From NCBI GenBank assembly GCA_964016885.1, contig OZ024752.1, positions 6,572,001 to 6,636,000 on the forward strand: 64,000 nt of DNA, written 5' to 3'. Each line of letters begins with the position of its first letter. Positions within the stretch are counted from its first letter, which is position 1. Source of the DNA: Eledone cirrhosa. Its lineage: Eukaryota. Below, in pieces: positions 1 to 11,650 of the stretch. A program made the translations under genes and the position numbers. The notes under the pieces were generated by a model. That model had not been told where the DNA came from. It saw nothing but the letters and a program-made list of their open reading frames with translations, and did no database searches.

Positions 1-108
1 TTTGAGAACAATAGCCTAATGTCAGTATGCACAGTCAGTTATGGCTGGTTTGAAGAGAAAGAGAAGAGAGAATTCTGACCAGATATGGCCAGTTTAAATG
101 CTAAAAGG
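1..108. mobile_element. MITE-A (TTAA/piggyBac-like non-autonomous element), end of a copy nested at a TTAA inside another MITE-A
   Basis: Ends tttaaatgctaaaagg|TTAA (109-112). The sequence continues ggtattgtactcaaaataaat, the internal MITE-A sequence that follows gatgTTAA in opposite-orientation copies. Confidence 0.75.
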
Positions 109-771
109 TTAAGGTATTGTACTCAAAATAAATAATATCAAAATCTCATAGGTTCAATATTATGTGGAATAAAGACTTTACCATGAAAATATAATAGTAT
201 ATATAGAGTAATGTAAATATTATGTGAGGTAAAGCCTTTACTGTGACAATACAATAGTATATATAGAGTAATGTAAATATTATGTGAGGTAAAGCCTTTA
301 CTGTGACAATACAATAGTATATATAGAGTAATGTAAATGTTATGTGAGTTATTATGTGGGGTAAAGCCTTTACTGTGAAAATACAATAGTAGATATAGAG
401 TAATGTAAATGTTATGTGAGTTATTATGTGGGGTAAAGCCTTTACTGTGAAAATACAATAGTAGATATAGAGTAATGTAAATATTATGTGAGATATTATG
501 TGAGGTAAAGCCTTTACTGTGAAAATACAATAGTAGATATAGAGTAATGTAAATGTTATGTGAGTTATTATGTGAGGTAAAGCCTTTACTGTGAAAATAC
601 AATAGTATATATAGAGTAATGTAAATGTTATGTGAGATATTATGTGAGGTAAAGCCTTTACTGTGACAATACAATAGTATATATAGAGTAATGTAAATGT
701 TATGTGAGATATTATGTGAGGTAAACCCTTTACTGTGAAAATACAATAGTATATATAGAGTAATGTAAATG
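109..771. repeat. MITE-A copy with internal 60/72-bp tandem array (about 9 units), reverse orientation relative to 14973-16960
   Basis: Repeated tattatgtgaggtaaagcctttactgtgaaaatacaatagtatatatagagtaatgtaaat; reverse complement of the unit at 15000-16800. Confidence 0.9.
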
Positions 772-1009
772 GGAGTTTTAGTTGATCATATCAACCCTAC
801 TTATTTCTTCAAGTCCAGTACATATTTTATTGATCTCTGCTGTCAAACTGTTAAGTTTAGGTCAGATACAAAAGTAAACAAACACATGAACATATATTAA
901 AATGGTAAGAAACTCTCAGGAGAGCTAGACAGCAGGTCTTAAGAGCAGAGCAGCCTGCCTTCATGCAAGAGTTGTGGCCCTTATTATATAGTGGGATTAT
1001 GCCTAACAT

Positions 1010-1460
1010 CCTTTCAAGTGAAGGTGCCATAAAAATGCACCATGTTGATTGTTAGTGACAGGAAGGGCACCTGTTGTAGAAACAATGCCTAAAAGGGTGG
1101 AGAGGACCCTTTAGTTGTGTCAAAGACATAACAACCTCTCCAGTGTTGGTGATCTACACGATAAACACACCCAGTACACACTGTAAAGTGGTTGGTGATA
1201 GGAAGGGCATCCAGCTGTAGAAAGTTCCCAAACAAGGTGTTATGAGGACCCTTCAGTTGTATCAAAAGACATGCCCTGCTTCAGTACTAACTTGATTTAT
1301 ATAGACCTGCCCAACCCTTGCTAGCAGGGGAAGTGGACATCAGATGATGATGATGTCTATCAACATGTTGATTGTCCAAGCATGCTGGGATCTGGGTGTG
1401 ACCTTTGTTGATAGGGAAAATGAACATTAAGTGATGATGATGATACTGATGATGATGATA
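1010..1460 (+). mobile_element. Degenerate RTE-tail short repeats (several overlapping pieces)
   Basis: ggaagggcatccagctgtagaaa motif, cccagtacacactgtaaagtgg, and (gat)n tails. The same family occurs at 11651-11840, 23459-23600, 30195-30525 and 42905-43250. Confidence 0.65.
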
Positions 1461-1699
1461 TTAGTGAACAATCCAAGGCTCTAGAGAAAAAACTTGGGAA
1501 TGGACCTGAAATGAAATGGTTACAAAATGAACTCTTTAGCCACATAGCTGGGCATCTATTTAAAAAAGTATGTCAAGAGACTTCTACAAGTTCCATGTTG
1601 GCTGATCTACACATATTGTAACACCTCAAAGGCCATTAAAATCAAAATCTAAAGAAATAAACTAAACTGAATGTTGATGACTTGGGTATAAGGGGAATT

Positions 1700-1940
1700 A
1701 GGTGTAGTGTCCAAGAGAGAATACTACACTAGTGTGGGGTGGATGGATGATGACCACTGGTCAAGAAATAGCAATATATCTGAGAGGAAGGAAACCACAG
1801 TAGAAAAAAGACTAAGGATGACCTGGGTAGATCTCAAATTGATGAGACTCACAAAGGAGGTGACAAAGGAACACAGGGATATTGTGGTGGGAAAGACCAG
1901 TCCAACCCATGCAAGCAGGGAAAAGCTGGCGTAAAATAGT
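1700..1940 (+). mobile_element. Degenerate RTE LINE 3' fragment
   Basis: Similar to 50510-50765 (ggatgatgaccactgg, gatctcaaattgatgag, ccagtccaacccatgcaagcagggaaaag). Confidence 0.55.
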
Positions 1941-2842
1941 GAAGTTTTTAGATATTTTCTCTGAAATTATTATAGGATGTTAAGAATTAAGAGAGAGGAA
2001 ATTAATAAAATTAGTGATAATTAGTGATATATATGTGTGTGATGTACATATGTATATATGTATATATACACACTCACACTCTCTCTCTCTCTCTCCATAC
2101 ATCTCTAAGTGTCTTTACCCTGTTTTATAGCATATCTATACACACCACTCTACACACACATGTATATCTATTTATCTATATATAGAGAGGGAGAGAAGAT
2201 AGGCAGAAAGATAGAGAGGGATAAAGAGAAAGATAGATAGACAGAGATAGATAGAGCGAGGGATAGAGATAGACAGATATATCTATCTATATATATAGAG
2301 AGAGAGTTAGTCCAAAATCTAGCTAAACCTAAACAGACATTAAGTTGTTATCTCCCTTGAATGAACGACTTTACACATGAAATAATATTTATAGAGAATA
2401 TATTTTAACTGAAAATATACAGAAGAGAATTTTAAAAAAATGAAGAAATTTTTGTCAATAGAAGAAAGAAAAAGTTGAATATTATCAACAAAATATTGGG
2501 CGAATGTTTGATCTAATTATATGATCATTATTACGTAAAAAAACAAAAACAACTTTAAACGAAACAAACTGCAAGGAAAAGTTATTTCCCTTGGAGCACA
2601 AATACGATAAAAATTATAATTTAATAAACGGAAAACGAAAATTGACTAAGAAGAGATATTTAGTTCTACTAATGATATAATTCCTTTAATTTGAATATTT
2701 AGAAACGTGAGGATCCTAAAGGCATAAATTAGCTGTGATATCAGTTAAACACTGTAAATAATAGCTGAGAAAATCGCACCAATTCATCCCAGCACTGATA
2801 ATTTATAAGGTTTAATTCCTTGGGTATTTCATTAGCATAATA

Positions 2843-2952
2843 ATGGTTTCTGATTCAGACACAAGGTCAACAATTTGGGGGAAGGGTAAGTCGATTAAAT
2901 CGACCCCAGTGTATTACTGATACTTTATTTTATCGACCCATTAAGGATGAAA
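2843..2952 (-). mobile_element. SINE-1 fragment (tRNA-derived SINE, Meta-like central domain)
   Basis: gacacaagg...tcgaccccagtgtattactgatactttattttatcgacccattaaggatgaaa, matching fuller copies at 26638 and 45457. Confidence 0.75.
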
Positions 2953-3120
2953 TGATTCAGGCACAAGATCACCAATTAGGGGAAAGTCTATTAAATCGAC
3001 AATCAGCGCCTTAAAAGTGTCCATATTTATCTAAAAAAAAAACCTTCCATCATAATTTTATGTAAGCACCTTTGTTAAGTTATGTTCCAAACACCAGCTT
3101 AATAATCAGAAAGTTAGTTA

Positions 3121-3282
3121 TACAAGTAAAATTGCGTTATAACGAATACCATTATAACAAATTTTTTTCAATCCTGGGCCACATGCTCGATGTATTTCGG
3201 TCGATCTCGTTATAAAGAATTTTTCGTTACAACAAAATAAAGAAAAATCCCCGTGAATTTCGTTATACCAGAATTTCTCTGT
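3121..3282. mobile_element. pogo/Tigger-like MITE
   Basis: TAca..gtaaaattgcgttataacgaa ... ttcgttataccagaatttctctgTA: imperfect TIRs, TA flanks, internal cgttata subrepeats. Confidence 0.6.
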
Positions 3283-3289
3283 ATTAGTC

Positions 3290-3486
3290 TTCTTGTGACG
3301 CTAAACTCCGCCAAATGCAGACTGCACACCAACAAGAGTACTCAAACTATATGGTCATATAAAAAGATCAACTCGTGATGTGAGTAGGTTATGCCTGGAC
3401 GGTAGGTTGGCTGGTAAGAGAAGCAGAGGCCGGCAGCCAAAACGATGGCTTGATAATGTCAACTTATGGACTGGACTGTATTACTA
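3290..3486 (+). mobile_element. RTE-clade LINE ORF C-terminal relic
   Basis: My translation RVLKLYGHIKRSTRDVSRLCLDGRLAGKRSRGRQPKRWLDNV matches the RTE/BovB-type C-terminal L.y.GH..R...GKR.RGR...RW.D motif. Confidence 0.75.
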
Positions 3487-3651
3487 AATGTCTCTAAATT
3501 CTTGGTTATTTTCAACATTATTTAAAGAATAAAGAAAGCAGTGTCTTTCTTTAGAAATATGGTAACTAAATGTATAAGTTGACCTCAATTTCTAGAAGTA
3601 AACAGCTGTCTAGTTCTCTTCTTATTTGGGCTCCAGTTACTTATTTCTTTC

Positions 3652-3968
3652 TTGTGTGTGTGTGTATGAGTGTGTGTATGAGTGTGTGTATGTATGTGTG
3701 TGCATGTCTGTGTGTGTGTGTGCATGTCTGTGTGTGTGTGTGTATGAGTATGAGTGTGTGTGTATGTATGTGTATGAGTGTGTATGTATGCATGTGTGTG
3801 TACGTGTGTGTGTGTGTATGTGCATGTCTGTGTATGTGTGTGTATGCATGTGTGTGTCCGTATGTGTATGTATGCATGTGTGTGTCTGTTTGTGTATGAG
3901 TGTATGTATGTGTGTATGTATGTGTATGTGTGTGTGTGTATGTATGTGTATGCATGTGTGTGTGTATG
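3652..3968. repeat. Imperfect (GT)n/(GTAT)n microsatellite
   Basis: Direct inspection. Confidence 0.95.
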
Positions 3969-4189
3969 AAGACAATGGTGATGCCCTTAATAGCATAACT
4001 GAGTGTAACCAAGATAATGAAGTCCATAAAATTGTTTCCTAACAGAACAAAGTCAGAAATTTAGGGGAAGAAAATAATGGGGATTATATTGTTTTCCTAT
4101 TTAGACACAAGGCCAGCAATTTTGTTTGGGCGAGGGAGGGGAGTTGATTAAATCAACCCAGATTGGTATGTTAACCCCAGATCAATTAA

Positions 4190-4402
4190 CCCCTTACCTT
4201 TTATATTACTCTATATATACTATTGTATTTTCCATGTTAAAGGCTGTATCTCACATAATATCGAATCTATGAGATTTTGATATTATCTATTTTGAGAACA
4301 TTACCTTAACATAAGAATGAGCAGCTGGTTATGGCTGGTTTGAACAGAAAGAGGTGAGAGAATTCTGGCCGGATGTAGCTGGTTTAAATGCTAAAGAGTT
4401 AA
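4190..4402. mobile_element. MITE-A, short array-free copy
   Basis: ttaa-cccccttacc...tttaaatgctaaagag-ttaa, with a single copy of the repeat-forming segment. Confidence 0.8.
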
Positions 4403-4491
4403 AGGTTCTTACATAAAACTATGATGGAAGATTTCTAGATAAGTTGTAGTGCACCTGAGCACTGTACACAAAAATTTCATTATTATAAATA

Positions 4492-4617
4492 TACCATATT
4501 TCCTGGCACCAAAGACCAAAAATTTGAAAAAAAAAAAAAAAACAATTTTCGGCCTCTGGGACACATGGTAGATTTTTGAAACTTATTTTAGCATCTTCGA
4601 CGCTGGGAAATACGGTA
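4492..4617. mobile_element. MITE-C (Tc1/mariner-type, TA flanks), internally deleted copy
   Basis: TAccatatttcctggcacc ... gacgctgggaaatacggTA inverted ends; sister copy at 9643-9813. Confidence 0.7.
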
Positions 4618-4960
4618 AATACATTAAAACTAAACAACTTAGTATTATAAAATAAGGAGCAATATTGGGTAATTTGGTGTGAAAAGTGTCAAACTGGTGT
4701 TTGGAACAGATTATAAATATAGCTTTCTCATTATTAAGGAGGTGTTTGGAACATAACTTAACAAAGGTTGTTATATAAAATTATGATGGAAGGTTTTTAG
4801 ATAAATATAAACACTTTAAAATAGATATATATATATCATAGAAATAGGGGCAGTTCCAGATTGGTTTGGTATTAAAGGAGTTAAGAAATCCTTGTATCTC
4901 TGAATCAACAAATATCTTTTTTATATAAACCTTACAAAATATACAATTATAAAAGACTCC

Positions 4961-7900
4961 ACAACCTTACAGTCACTAGCCTAACACCCTAACCACTAGA
5001 CCACAAACAACCTTACGGTCACTAGCCTAACACCCTAACCACTAGACCACATACAATCTTATGGTCACCAGCCTAACACCCTAACCTCTAGGTCACATAC
5101 AACCTTACAGTCACTAGCCTAACACCCTAACCACTAGGTCACATACAACCTTACAGTCACTAGCCTAACACCCTAACCACTAGGTCACATACAACCTTAC
5201 GTTCACTAGCCTAACACCCTAACCTCTAGGTCACATACAACCTTACAGTCACTAGCCTAACACCCTAACCACTAGGTCACATACAACCTTACAGTCACTA
5301 GCCTAACACCCTAACCACTAGACCACAAACAACCTTACGGTCACTAGCCTAACACCCTAACCACTAGGTCACATACAACCTTACGGTCACTAGCCTAACA
5401 CCCTAACCACTAGACCACATACAATCTTATGGTCACCAGCCTAACACCCTGACCACTAGCCTAACACCCTAACCACTAGACCACAAACAACCTTACGGTC
5501 ACTAGCCTAACACCCTAACCACTAGGTCACATACAACCTTACGGTCACTAGCCTAACACCCTAACCACTAGGTCACATACAACCTTACGGCCACTAGCCT
5601 AACACCATAACCACTAGGTCGCATACAACCTTACAGTCACTAGCCTAACACCCTAACCACTAGGTCACATACAACCTTACAGTCACCAGCCTAACACCCT
5701 AACCACTAGGTCACATACAACCTTACGGTCACCAGCCTAACACCCTAACCACTAGGTCACATACAACCTTAGGGTCACCAGCCTAACACCCTAACCACTA
5801 GCCTAACACCCTGACCACTAGCCTAACACCCTAACCTCTAGGTCACACACAACGTTACGGTCACCAGCCTAACACCCTAACCAGTAGGTCACATACAACC
5901 TTACGGTCACCAGCCTAACACCCTAACCACTAGGTCACATACAACCTTACGGTCACCAGCCTAACACCCTAACCACTAGGTCACATACAACCTTAGGGTC
6001 ACCAGCCTAACACCCTAACCACTAGGTCACATACAACCTTACGGTCACCAGCCTAACACCCTAACCACTAGCCTAACACCCTGACCACTAGCCTAACACC
6101 CTAACCTCTAGGTCACACACAACCTTACGGTCACCAGCCTAACACCCTAACCAGTAGGTCACATACAACCTTACAGTCACTAGCCTAACACCCTAACCAC
6201 TAGGTCACATACAACCTTACAGTCACTAGCCTAACACCCTAACCACTAGCCTAACACCCTGACCACTAGCCTAACACCCTAACCACTAGGTCACATACAA
6301 CCTTACGTTCACTAGCCTAACACCCTAACCACTAGCCTAACACCCTAACCACTAGGTCACATACAACCTTACGGTCACCAGCCTAACACCCTAACCACTA
6401 GGTCACATACAACCTTACAGTCACCAGCCTAACACCCTAACCACTAGGTCACATACAACCTTACGGTCACCAGCCTAACACCCTAACCACTAGGTCACAT
6501 ACAACCTTACGGTCACCAGCCTAACACCCTAACCACTAGATCACATACAACCTTACGGTCACCAGCCTAACACCCTAACCACTAGGTCACATACAACCTT
6601 ACGTTCACTAGCCTAACACCCTGACCACTAGCCTAACACACTGACCACTAGCCTAACACCCTGACCACTAGGTCACATACAACCTTACGGTCACCAGCCT
6701 AACACCCTAACCACTAGGTCACATACAACCTTACAGTCACCAGCCTAACACCCTAACCTCTAGGTCACACACAACCTTACGTTCACTAGCCTAACACCCT
6801 AACCACTAGCCTAACACACTGACCACTAGCCTAACACCCTAACCTCTAGGTCACACACAACCTTACGGTCACTAGCCTAACACCCTAACCACTAGCCTAA
6901 CACCCTAACCACTAGCCTAACACCCTAACCACTAGGTCACATACAACCTTACGTTCACTAGCCTAACACCCTAACCACTAGCCTAACACCCTAACCACTA
7001 GGTCACATACAACCTTACGGTCACCAGCCTAACACCCTAACCACTAGGTCACATACAACCTTACGTTCACTAGCCTAACACCCTAACCACTAGCCTAACA
7101 CACTGACCACTAGCCTAACACCCTAACCACTAGGTCACATACAACCTTACGTTCACTAGCCTAACACCCTAACCACTAGGTCACATACAACCTTACGTTC
7201 ACTAGCCTAACACCCTAACCACTAGCCTAACACACTGACCACTAGCCTAACACCCTAACCTCTAGGTCACACACAACCTTACGGTCACTAGCCTAACACC
7301 CTAACCACTAGCCTAACACCCTGACCACCAGCCTAACACCCTAACCACTAGGTCACATACAACCTTACGGTCACTAGCCTAACACCCTAACCACTAGCCT
7401 AACACCCTGACCACTAGCCTAACACCCTAACCACTAGGTCACATACAACCTTACGGTCACTAGCCTAACACCCTAACCACTAGCCTAACACCCTGACCAC
7501 TAGCCTAACACCCTAACCACTAGGTCACATACAACCTTACGTTCACTAGCCTAACACCCTAACCACTAGCCTAACACCCTGACCACTAGCCTAACACCCT
7601 AACCACTAGGTCACATACAACCTTACGGTCACTAGCCTAACACCCTAACCACTAGCCTAACACCCTGACCACTAGCCTAACACCCTAACCACTAGGTCAC
7701 ATACAACCTTACGGTCACTAGCCTAACACCCTAACCACTAGCCTAACACCCTGACCACTAGCCTAACACCCTAACCACTAGGTCACATACAACCTTACGT
7801 TCACTAGCCTAACACCCTAACCACTAGCCTAACACCCTGACCACTAGCCTAACACCCTAACCACTAGGTCACATACAACCTTACGGTCACTAGCCTAACA

Positions 7901-8395
7901 CCCTAACCACTAGCCTAACACCCTGACCACTAGCCTAACACCCTAACCACTAGGTCACATACAACCTTACGGTCACTAGCCTAACACCCTAACCACTAGC
8001 CTAACACCCTGACCACTAGCCTAACACCCTAACCACTAGGTCACATACAACCTTACGTTCACTAGCCTAACACCCTAACCACTAGCCTAACACCCTGACC
8101 ACTAGCCTAACACCCTAACCACTAGGTCACATACAACCTTACGGTCACTAGCCTAACACCCTAACCACTAGCCTAACACCCTGACCACTAGCCTAACACC
8201 CTAACCACTAGGTCACATACAACCTTACGGTCACTAGCCTAACACCCTAACCACTAGGTCACACACAACCTTACGGTCACTAGCCTAACACCCTAACCAC
8301 TAGGTCACATACAACCTTACGGTCACTAGCCTAACACCCTAACCACTAGCCTAACACCCTGACCACTAGCCTAACACCCTAACCACTAGGTCACA
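4961..8395 (-). repeat. 46-bp satellite resembling a tRNA/SINE 5' head, with 20-bp subrepeats and 86/258-bp higher-order units
   Basis: Unit acaaccttacggtcactagcctaacaccctaaccactaggtcacat; minus strand atgtgacctagtggttagggtgttaggctagtgaccgtaaggttgt. Confidence 0.95.
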
Positions 8396-8544
8396 GTTGT
8401 TGTTATAGTCTGTTTGTCTTAAATTCCTCTTCCATTGACTCAGCAAATATATTCTTTGTTAGGTTTTTCCAAAATATACAATTACACTCACATTTTTTCT
8501 TGTACACTGACATAAACATAGCTGAAAGTTGGATTCACACACAT

Positions 8545-8547
<3 letters not shown>

Positions 8548-8601
<54 letters not shown>

Positions 8602-9155
8602 GCGTGTGCGTGTGCGTGTGCGTGTGTGTGTGTGTGTCATATGGTGTTGTGGTATTATCTCATTTCACATTAAAAGTTGGCTGACTTGTACAGTTAACTC
8701 TGCTGAGGAATGAAGTACTGAAAGAGTTGTGGTGATGTTGATGGTGTGATGGTGTTTGGTACTAGTTGAGGGTGATGGTGTTTGGTACTGGGTGATGGTA
8801 GTGGTGTTTGGTGATGGTGATGGTGTGATGGTGGTGGTGTGATGGCGTGATGGTGATGGTGATGGTGATGGTGATGGTGATGATGGTGTGATGGTGATGG
8901 TGTGATGGTGGTGGTGTGATGGTGGTGGTGTGATGGTGGTGGTGTGATGGTGGTGGTGTGATGGTGATGGTGTGATGGTGATGGTGTGATGGTGTGATGG
9001 TGGTGGTGTGATGGTGATGGTGTGATGGTGGTGGTGGTGTGATGGTGGTGGCGTGATCGTGATGGTGATGGTGATGATGATGGTGTGATGATGGTGTGAT
9101 GGTGGTAATGGTGATGATGATGGTGTGATGGTGTTGGTGATGGTGGTGATGGTGA
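8548..9155. repeat. (GT)n and (GGT/GAT)n low-complexity tracts
   Basis: Direct inspection. Confidence 0.9.
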
Positions 9156-9642
9156 GGGAGGAGGTATTTCTAACAGAAAAAACAAAACTTGTTTTCATTT
9201 TCACAAAATCTAACTGCAGTTAAAAGATATAAAGAAAAATTATCAGACATTATAAGTGAAAGACCTAGTTTTCAAAAGCCTGACTGTTTAAAGAATTTAA
9301 AACAACAATCTTTTATGGCCATATTTCTAATGAAATACATTTAAAGATAGAATGTAAACTAGTTTATAGATAATGTTTTTATTCAGAAATTACTCAAGTG
9401 ATATCTTGGACATAAGTTCTTTAACTCTTAACATCCTGTTATGATCTAGCAGAAAATATCTAAAGATGGGTTTAGTATTCAAATGTTTGTAATGTCTTCA
9501 CTAGTGGACAGATGGCTGTGAAAATATGAAGTGTGAGAGTAAAGACTTTAACATATAATGTGGTTGCTGTTTTATACTTTTCAAGAATGTCTTGCTAATG
9601 TGGTTTCATGTGGTACGGGGTGTTATGCCTTAATGACAAAAA

Positions 9643-9813
9643 TACTGTATTTCCCGGCACCGAAGATGCTTTGTCCTCGAAGAAGCACCCTACTTTTGAC
9701 AGCTAAAAATCTGAAAAAAAATAATAAACAACCTTTGGCCTCCAGGACCCATGGTGGATTTTTTAGACTTACTTTAGGAAAAAGGTAGCATCTTTGATGC
9801 CGGGAAATATGAT
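9643..9813. mobile_element. MITE-C, fuller copy
   Basis: TActgtatttcccggcaccgaagatgct ... agcatctttgatgccgggaaatatgaTA, about 26-bp TIRs. Confidence 0.8.
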
Positions 9814-10611
9814 AAGTATTGTGAAATAAAATGAGGTTACTCAGTAGAAAGTAGCAGAGTATTACTGGGTTCAGGTTCTATTAACTCTATACCAACCAAT
9901 TCTAAACAGACGTTGGTTGACCTGGTGATTAGTCAAAACAAACCAATATCAGAAAAAGTTATTAGAAGAATCTAAGAATAGATTTTCCTCTGACTCTATG
10001 GAACTGGTTCTGACAAAAAGGTGTTAAAGAATATCAAATTAGGATAGTAAACATTTTGGATGTAGCTTGTCAGATGCCATAAACCTAGTAAATCTATCAT
10101 CAGAATCATTAAGCTGCCATCCGCATTTCTCCTACACCTATCCTTGCCATAAAAGAAAGGGGTTGTGGGTAAGGTTTGGTATTAAAGTTTAGGTTTGGAA
10201 CAGGGTATGAAGTTCTTTAACTCTGAGGCACATTGAATTTTTTATTTTATTTTATTGAATATACAGGCTTGTATTAAAGCTTTCATTACTACATTTCTAA
10301 TAAAAGACATTGCCTCTAATTTCCAAATCATTTCGAAAATAATCAACAATTTGAAACAATTCAATAACTCCCTCATTATTAAGATAGAGTTTGGAACAGA
10401 ACTTAACAAAAGTTCTTATATAAAATTAAGACAGGAAATTTGGTATCTAGAATCAAAGATATTTTCAGGCAGTTTAGTATCAAAATGGTTAAAATAAACA
10501 CTGAAGCAATTTCAAACAAAGATTCAAAGATTTAAATCACACTAAACAAAAGTTGACTAAATTTGTTTTCTTGTATGTTTTTATGTAGCACCAATAGTTT
10601 TAACTTCAGAT

Positions 10612-11175
10612 TGAAGAAGTTCCTAACCCCTGGTCTCTAGAATATCTATGGAAGAAGTGCTTAGACCCTGGTCTAGCATATCTACAGAAGTTCCTAGACC
10701 GACCCTGGTCTAGAATATCTACAGAAGTTCTTAGACCCTGGTCTGGCATATCTACAGAAGTTCCTAGACCCTGGTCTAAAATATCTACAGAAGTTCCTAG
10801 ACCCTGGTCTAGCATATCTACAGAAGTTTCTTGACACCTAGTCTAGAATATCTACAGAAGTTCCTAGACCCTGGTCTAGAATATCTACAGAAGTTCCTAG
10901 ACCCTGGTCTAGCATATCTACAGAAGTTCCTAGATCCTGGTCTGGCATATCTACAGAAGTTCCTAGACCCTGGTCTGGCATATCTACAGAAGTTTCTTGA
11001 CACCTAGTCTCCAGAATATCTACCTAACACTGAAGAAGTTCCTAGACCATGGTCTAGAATATCTACAGAAGTCCCTATACCCTAGTCTCTAGACTATCTA
11101 CAGAAGAGATTCCTATACCCTAGTCTATCTACAGAAGAGGTTCCTAGACCCTAGTCTCTAGACTATCTACCTAAC
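10612..11175. repeat. 33-bp minisatellite with internal palindrome CTAGACC-ct-GGTCTAG
   Basis: Unit tctacagaagttcctagaccctggtctagaata. Confidence 0.9.
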
Positions 11176-11394
11176 ATGTGAAACTCTGGTGGAAGCTGAA
11201 TGCCTGCCAGTGAAGATATTATGAGAGAGGTGAAGCAGAGTAGGTCAAGAAAAAGCTAAATTAAATGGTAAAATGAAAAGAAAGGTCAGAGAGATGCCAA
11301 ATCAATTATTGTCAGCTGTAAAATTACTTAATATTCCACCCCACCCACCCCACTAAACTTCACTATAGCAATTTATCTGTTATAATAATATGAA

Positions 11395-11592
11395 ATATTA
11401 ATCCCTCTTCCTCTCACTCAGAAGTATTAGCCTCTCTTCCTCTCACTCAGAAGTATTAGCCTCTCTTCCTCTCACTCAGAAGTATTAGTCTCTCTTCCTC
11501 TCACTCAGAAGTATTAGTCTCTCTTCCTCTCACTCAGAAGTATTAGTCTCTCTTCCTCTCATTCAGAAGTATTAGTCTCGCTTCCTCTCATT
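11395..11592. repeat. 29-bp minisatellite (6-7 units)
   Basis: Unit ctctcttcctctcactcagaagtattagy. Confidence 0.9.
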
Positions 11593-11650
11593 TATTCTCT
11601 ACATTTATCAACCTCTCATAGTAACATTTCCAGGCCTCTTTCTGTTGGGC

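Larger units (their letters stand above)
3010..3575. mobile_element. MITE-B (second TTAA-type element family), interrupted by two insertions
   Basis: aaccttccatcataattttatgtaagcacctttgttaagttatgttccaaacacc matches 4735-4800 in reverse. The element resumes at 3481 (ttactaaat...ttagaaatatggtaa). Confidence 0.6.

Noticed and set aside
4961-8395. Interstitial telomere (CCCTAA in every unit)
   Set aside because: No tandem (TTAGGG)n; the hexamer is part of the tRNA-like TAGTGGTTAGGG head.
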